A stretch of 62,808 nucleotides of DNA, filler included, from Globobulimina sp. (lineage: Eukaryota), in NCBI GenBank assembly GCA_003354225.1. It is 15 parts of 15 records of this genome, joined end to end, with 100 filler letters (N's around TTAATTAATTAA, not from the genome) between each part and the next. Parts side by side here need not be neighbours in the genome. Positions count along the whole stretch, not along the records: positions 54,533 to 58,620 come from PIVH01001630.1; positions 58,721 to 62,808 come from PIVH01001631.1; 13 more parts are not named here. The stretch is one strand, 5' to 3'. Both the position numbers and the translations under genes were made by a program. Under the pieces are notes generated by a model. It saw only the letters and a program-made list of their open reading frames with translations, made no database searches and was not told the origin of the DNA. This document shows, piece after piece, positions 57,201-62,808 of the stretch (its first letter is position 1; every line of letters starts with the position of its first letter).

Positions 57201-57911
57201 ATGGGAACGTCAATAGTTGCTGAAATTAAGCCACCCGTCGTAATGACAACTACACCTGCAAACAATAAAGAATTATTGGACACACTGACTGTATTTGGTT
57301 ATATCAGAGAGAATTGTCAAAACATAAACATTCCAAATGATATTATATTGGTATGTTTCATGTTTTATTATTTAGCATTGGATGAATGGAATCCAGAAAC
57401 ATGTCACAAAGATTTTATAATTGACGCAGCGAGTTTATCAAATCGTTCACTTGAGGAGCGAGATGTATACGGATACAAAAAACCTTTCGATAGCTGCAAC
57501 GCTTTCGGTAGCTGCATTATACAAAAACCAATGAAACGAATGTGGAAAATTCAAACAAAAAATAAGCATCCTTTTTTATTTGGAATTGTTTCATCTTTGC
57601 AAGCATCAAAAAGTATGTCTGCTTCTTTCCCATTCTGTGGAAATGGTGGAATCGGCATATATTCAAGCAATGGATTTAAATACAAAGAAAGTGGCGGATT
57701 ACCATATGGAAAGAGGTTATCAATCAATGGAACAATGGCCATGACATTGGATTTGTCACAGAAAAATGAGCAAAATGGATTGTTATATTATAATGTTGAT
57801 GGGATTGATCAAGGAAATGCATTTGATGATATTGATATAAATGGTTCATATGTTATGGCATTTTCTTCAACAAAAACTAGTAAAGGTATTGATGTTGAAC
57901 TTATTCTTTGA
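57201..57911 (+). CDS. GYIR...IP helical motif plus SPRY-like domain protein
   Basis: LTVFGYIRE...IPNDIILVCFMFY, then beta-rich FGIVS...MTLDL...LYYNVDG.DQG.AF. Confidence 0.6.
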   Translation: MGTSIVAEIKPPVVMTTTPANNKELLDTLTVFGYIRENCQNINIPNDIILVCFMFYYLALDEWNPETCHKDFIIDAASLSNRSLEERDVYGYKKPFDSCNAFGSCIIQKPMKRMWKIQTKNKHPFLFGIVSSLQASKSMSASFPFCGNGGIGIYSSNGFKYKESGGLPYGKRLSINGTMAMTLDLSQKNEQNGLLYYNVDGIDQGNAFDDIDINGSYVMAFSSTKTSKGIDVELIL

Positions 57912-57968
57912 TCAAAGGAAAGTGAGCTAGGTTTTTTTTTTATGTGCGACAATTTTTAACACCATATC

Positions 57969-58620
57969 ATGGGAACGTGTTGCTCTCAAACTCATCTTGT
58001 GCATCATCCGCGTCATAGGTCTGAAATATCGAAGGAACTGCGCCAAGATTCAAAAATTGACAAACGTAAATTTAAAATATTAATTCTTGGACCAAAGCGT
58101 TCAGGAAAATCCACCATTTTGAATCAATTAAAATATCTCCATGGCAACGGATTCAATGATGCTGAACGCGCACAATCCAGATTAGATATTGTTTCATATA
58201 TTATTACATCTTTCAAAACTATCATTGAATGTGTTGAAGAATTTGAGAAATATAAACAATTTGCACTCCATCGCTTCACTCTCAATGATGAAGCAAAACT
58301 ATCCGTAGAATACATGAAAAACGTAGATACGAACCACAACATTCTTGATGACATAGTCGCAAATCATATCCATTTATTATCGCAGCAAACGCCAATACAA
58401 AGAATCATAGCTAATGCAGATAAATATTACATTGATATATCCATTCGTTATTTTTTAAAACACTTTGATCGCATAAAAAATATAAATTATATCCCCTCTG
58501 ATCAGGACATAATTCAATTAAGAATAAAAACGGAAGCCTTCCACGAAGAGAATATAGTAATGTCCACAGAAAATGTGAGAGTAATAACAGGAAATCTACG
58601 GGATTTGACAGAGAATGCCA
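57969..58620 (+). CDS. Heterotrimeric G protein alpha subunit, divergent (3'-truncated)
   Basis: MGTCC, KILILGPKRSGKSTILNQLKYLHGNGF, helical domain, YIPSDQDIIQLRIKT. Confidence 0.85.
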
Positions 58621-59142
58621 NNNNNNNNNNNNNNNNNNNNNNNNNNNNNNNNNNNNNNNNNNNNTTAATTAATTAANNNNNNNNNNNNNNNNNNNNNNNN
58701 NNNNNNNNNNNNNNNNNNNNTGATGCGCCGGCTGATTGGATTGAAATAAATGACATGGGATTTAATACAACAACAAAAGATATGGATGACTCAGAATCAT
58801 CAATGACTTCTCATGACATCGATAGGGACAAAGCAATTTAACGCAACGCGACTACGACAGGCAATAAATTCAAGCCATTCGATGCAACGTCATTTAATTA
58901 TATTTATCTTTATATTTTTCTTGTTGCATCATTTATTAATTTATCTTTATTGACATATACCCAAATTTGGCGCCTTTAATATCCCTTCTCTAAGCTTTAA
59001 GCTTTAAACTTCTAATAAATGCATTGCGTTGGGGCTGTTCGATGGAGACAAGTAACATTCCCCAAAGTTAAAAACTAACAAGTAACATAATTCAAGGATC
59101 ATTAATTAACATTAATTAATTTATAAGTTTATGTATAACCAA

Positions 59143-61221
59143 TTACTGCATCATACTCTTAAGTTTCCTTTTCTTTCCAGGCGGAATCACCAAAGCCATG
59201 TTTTTGTCAGCATCATTATCTTGCAATTTCCGTTTCAATTTATTATCTTCGTATCGCTTAATCTTTGCAAAGACCTGTTTCGAGGATGTATAGCGAGTAT
59301 CATCGCGACCCACATCAACCACCGCCTTCCCGCCCAAAAATCCAGTCTTCTTCGCCGCGGCCATCGCGTGCGTCCGCACCTCATTCAATGCCTTAATCCG
59401 TTCCAAATGTTGATTGAACTTTGAATCATAATTCGCCCTCAAACTATCCCTTTCATTCCGCATTGCCTTCCAATGTTTGGCTCGTTTCTTATTTGCCCTC
59501 CGCTTATTTTTGCGATCTTCCCTCGTCATCTCGTTCTCGCCTTTGATATGTGCGAACTTCCTCGGTTTCCTATACAACTGCTCCGGAGTCATAGTCATCT
59601 CATTGCTCATAGCAAACGGCACAATTTCCTCCAAATACAGTGCCTTGGCATGCGTTTTTATGCGGATATTGTCCGCAATCACTGCCCGTTTGGGCTCATA
59701 ATGGAACCGAATCAATTGATCCAACTCGTAAAATAATTTAGATTTCATCCGACTTATTCTCTCATAGCATCCATGCATTTGGGCGTCTTTGGTACCCACA
59801 AAATCATCGTCTTCCTCATGTTGTTTCTCCTCAATTTGCTGCAAATAATGCCGTTCATACAGTTGCGCCAAACCCATCGACGATTTTGTATCTTGGATCT
59901 CGACCAATTTTCGTTTTGCCACTTTTGGAGCATTGGCAAAATCGCGTTTCTTTTCCACATCATCAAATTGCTCGTTTTTGATCTTTGTGATCAGCAAACT
60001 TTCAATCGCCTCATTCAAATCGGGCGTGATCTGCGGTTTTAATTTGTCGCTGTAATCAAAGTCTAAATACGTGGACAGCAATGAATTTTTGAGTCTTTTT
60101 GCGTTTGGATGCGTGAATTTATTGTTACTGACTTCGCCCTGATATTCCCACGAACGCAGTTTCATATTTTCCTCTTCCAATTTGGCGATCCTTTGTTGTA
60201 TGCCACGTTCTTCCAACTCGAATTTAGAGAGGTTTTGGACGGCAGTGTCGGGTACGTCTGTTTTGGGCTTGTTTTCCCCAGAAACAGCTGGGAATTTTGG
60301 TAAATTGAATAAATCCTTCCATCCATCAATTTTTTTGCTATCTTTCTCTTGATTTAAAAAAGCAAAATTATCATCGTCCGCGTCATCGTTTTGCTTTTTA
60401 TCGTTTGTGTTGGTGTTATTTTCATTTTGTTCGTCAAAAATCAATGCTCTTTCAACCATATTATCGGCCAATAAGTCAAAGGCACCTTCTTCGGCCATTT
60501 CCTTTTCTTTTTCCCATTGTTTGTTGATAAATGCTTCCATTTCGTCCGTCTGTTTTGTAAACGAATCCAAATCCAAAACATCATCCTCTGCGTCTGGAAT
60601 ATTTTTAGTATCAACAGCAACATCGGCATCATTGTCTGGTTGTGGTTGTGTTGCTTGTTTTTGTTCAGATTTTAATGTTTTGTCTTTGATGATATCAACC
60701 CACTCATTGTCCTAAATTATAATTATTATAAATTGGATTGATTAGCAAACATAAAACAAATTGAAACCCTTAACTTCTTGTTGTTGATTATTATCATTTT
60801 CTGTGTCATCATCACCGGCAATGAATTGATCTAAATGTTGTGTTGTGTTTCCATGGCTGTCTTGCTGTTCCTGTACAGGTTGTTGATATAAGTGTTTTTT
60901 TGCAATTTCAAGTGTTTTTTGCAATTTTGCTCTTTCATTTTGTCTGTATTTTGCCCGCTGATCGACAGTGGATACCACAGATTTGGAGTGGGCTTTTATT
61001 TGACACCAAATTTCATCATCACCAAAATCATCTGTTACTAATAAATTATCACTAAGATTTCGAGATTTTCTATTCGATTTTTTGTACGATTTTTCATTTT
61101 GACCGTATTCATATAATAATTTGGTTAAATCTTGCAGGTTATCATGTAGATTCCCATCAATGTCATTTACAAATTTTGATACGTTTGACACCTTGCTGAG
61201 ATAATCTGTTACAGTTGACAT
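59143..61221 (-). CDS. MPP10: U3 snoRNP protein Mpp10 (2 exons)
   Basis: SKFE...I..LEEEN...WEYQGEV...NSLL...DFD...PQIT...FDDV, KSSMGLAQLYE, LEEIVP, basic C-terminus. In-frame intron at 60712-60774. Confidence 0.9.
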
Positions 61222-61434
61222 GATGAGCCAAAATTTTTTTTAAAATTATTGAGTTGAATTTTAAAATAAACGTAAAACTAAAATACTAAAATGTAATCAG
61301 CATAATTTTATCTCCCGTCCGTCAGGGAAACAAAAGAAGCTTCACTTTACATAGAAGTATAAAACAAAAGGAAAACACGTACAATAAACATAAAATGCAG
61401 ACGTCACAATTAAGTTTGATAGATATATCTTATA

Positions 61435-62565
61435 TTAATATACCACAAATTCAAACGAAAACGAGAGTCTAGTTTGATGTCCGATTAATTTGATTCCAAT
61501 TTCATTCAAATCTGCTTTATTTTCAATTGCTTTTAGTTTTTGTAATGATCCATAGCCATTTTCAATAAATAAAGCAAAATATTGACCGAAGGCGACGCCA
61601 ACATCGTTTGTCAACCATTGCTTTACAGCATATTCGTCTTTTTTTGCAGGTTCTACTTTTATGCGCCACATCATATTTGGTAATGTTACTGCTCTTTCTT
61701 TAAATCTGCGATTAACGGAAGATTGTCCAGACTCAGCTCGTTGTAGTTTGGGCGACGTCGACTTCCCATTTAATACATCATGTTTGCCAAATTTGCCTCA
61801 ATTAATTGATGATTAGTAATGATCCTTTTCGGTTTATAACGGTTTTGAGCCCATACAATTTGAATAAAGAGGTTACAAATAATATCAATAAACGCAACGC
61901 AGCAAAGGAAAAGGAATAGGATAACCTCATTCGTTCCTCATCCAATTTATTTTGATGATAATATGTTAGTTTAAATATTGATAAATACACAAAATCATAC
62001 ATATTTAAAATAATTGCAAATTGGAAATATAATGGTATTAATTTCTGTGTTCTCCAATTTTTTTTTGCAAAAGATCTGAATATAAAAAATCAAATGAAAT
62101 TTCCAAACATGTAAAATGTGTACGAATGTAAATGTAATTAACTCTTTGCAGCAATCTTGGATTGATATCAAATAAAAGACACTCGATGCCTCGAATGGTG
62201 CGAATATTAATATGGATATTTGTCTGTACACATTAAGCATTTGTTTTTTATGTTGATACACAAAGGCTATATCTAATAAATATAATGCAATTAAGATTAC
62301 ACATTCCAATATAAATGAAACTTTGCGCACTGAAAATGATTGCACAAATTTGCATTGTTCCATATGAACAGGTTTGGCTTTAATAGCATAGAAATTCATA
62401 GTCGCAAATAAACAAATTAAAATTCCCAACACATGCATTAAAATCCAAAATATATTCATGATACCAAATAAATAATCGTCACCAGCAAATTGAATATTAA
62501 ATCTAACTGAAAATATCTCAATTTCTTTCCGCGTGATCAGCTGTGCTGCGTCCAAAATTATTGCT
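61435..62565 (-). pseudogene. Multi-pass membrane protein with C-terminal SAM domain, apparently disrupted
   Basis: TM segments in ORFs 61995-62555 and 61802-62002; SAM VKQWL...YFALFIENGY...DLNEIGIKLIGHQTRL. Stops and a frame break near 61800 have no obvious intron to explain them. Confidence 0.45.
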
Positions 62566-62808
62566 ATTTATTTATACATTCGCACGGATATATAAGTTGT
62601 ATATAAATCACCTAACATAAAGGGTGTTGCAAAAGTCTGTGTACCCAAACGGTAAATGCACTGTAACTTAATAAATATTTGAGCTCCATCAAAATAAATC
62701 ATATCACAATAAACATAAACATTGCATCTACAAAATCAGTGTGATTGTTTTACCCGAATGCCATTCTATCTATTTATATTGAGCCAGACATTTGTATTGA
62801 TCCTATTT

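Noticed and set aside
4100-58720. Regularly spaced TTAATTAATTAA units every ~4.2 kb as a biological repeat or CRISPR-like array
   Set aside because: Each is embedded in N runs, totals exactly 100 nt and separates size-sorted contigs. It is an artificial six-frame-stop linker.
1-62808. Functional clustering across the window (e.g. SMC6, REV1 and the H3-like gene as a DNA-repair island)
   Set aside because: These genes lie on different contigs joined arbitrarily; adjacency across spacers carries no information.
1-62808. tRNA, rRNA or CRISPR features
   Set aside because: None was recognised by eye; tRNAscan-SE or Infernal would be needed to exclude small RNAs.

Overview
This window is not one locus. 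It is 15 unrelated contigs of about 4.09-4.10 kb, sorted by decreasing length and joined by an artificial 100-nt spacer (N44-TTAATTAATTAA-N44). Contigs: 1-4099, 4200-8297, 8398-12494, 12595-16691, 16792-20888, 20989-25084, 25185-29280, 29381-33475, 33576-37668, 37769-41861, 41962-46054, 46155-50243, 50344-54432, 54533-58620, 58721-62808. The DNA is AT-rich, gene-dense and eukaryotic, uses the standard code, and has short GT-AG introns (mostly 42-77 nt) and very short head-to-head intergenic regions. Gene-family style suggests a protist, probably a foraminiferan or other rhizarian; this is inference only. Recognisable genes: dynein-2 heavy chain, an Aurora kinase fragment, SMC6, REV1, MPP10, a cyclic-nucleotide-binding K+ channel, a cytochrome P450, selenoprotein T (in-frame UGA, missed by the ORF track), urea amidolyase domains, an MSP130/choice-of-anchor-I protein, a Ras-like GTPase, a G-alpha, GPCRs, a MULE transposase fragment and a full-length CR1-type LINE. 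The most unusual observations are: a urea amidolyase locus lacking the biotin carboxylase domain at its normal position; a USP deubiquitinase fused to a catalytically dead Ulp1/SENP domain; a tail-less histone H3-fold protein that has lost its DNA-binding arginines; a LINE nested in another LINE-like ORF1; and frequent atypical GTTAAR splice donors.
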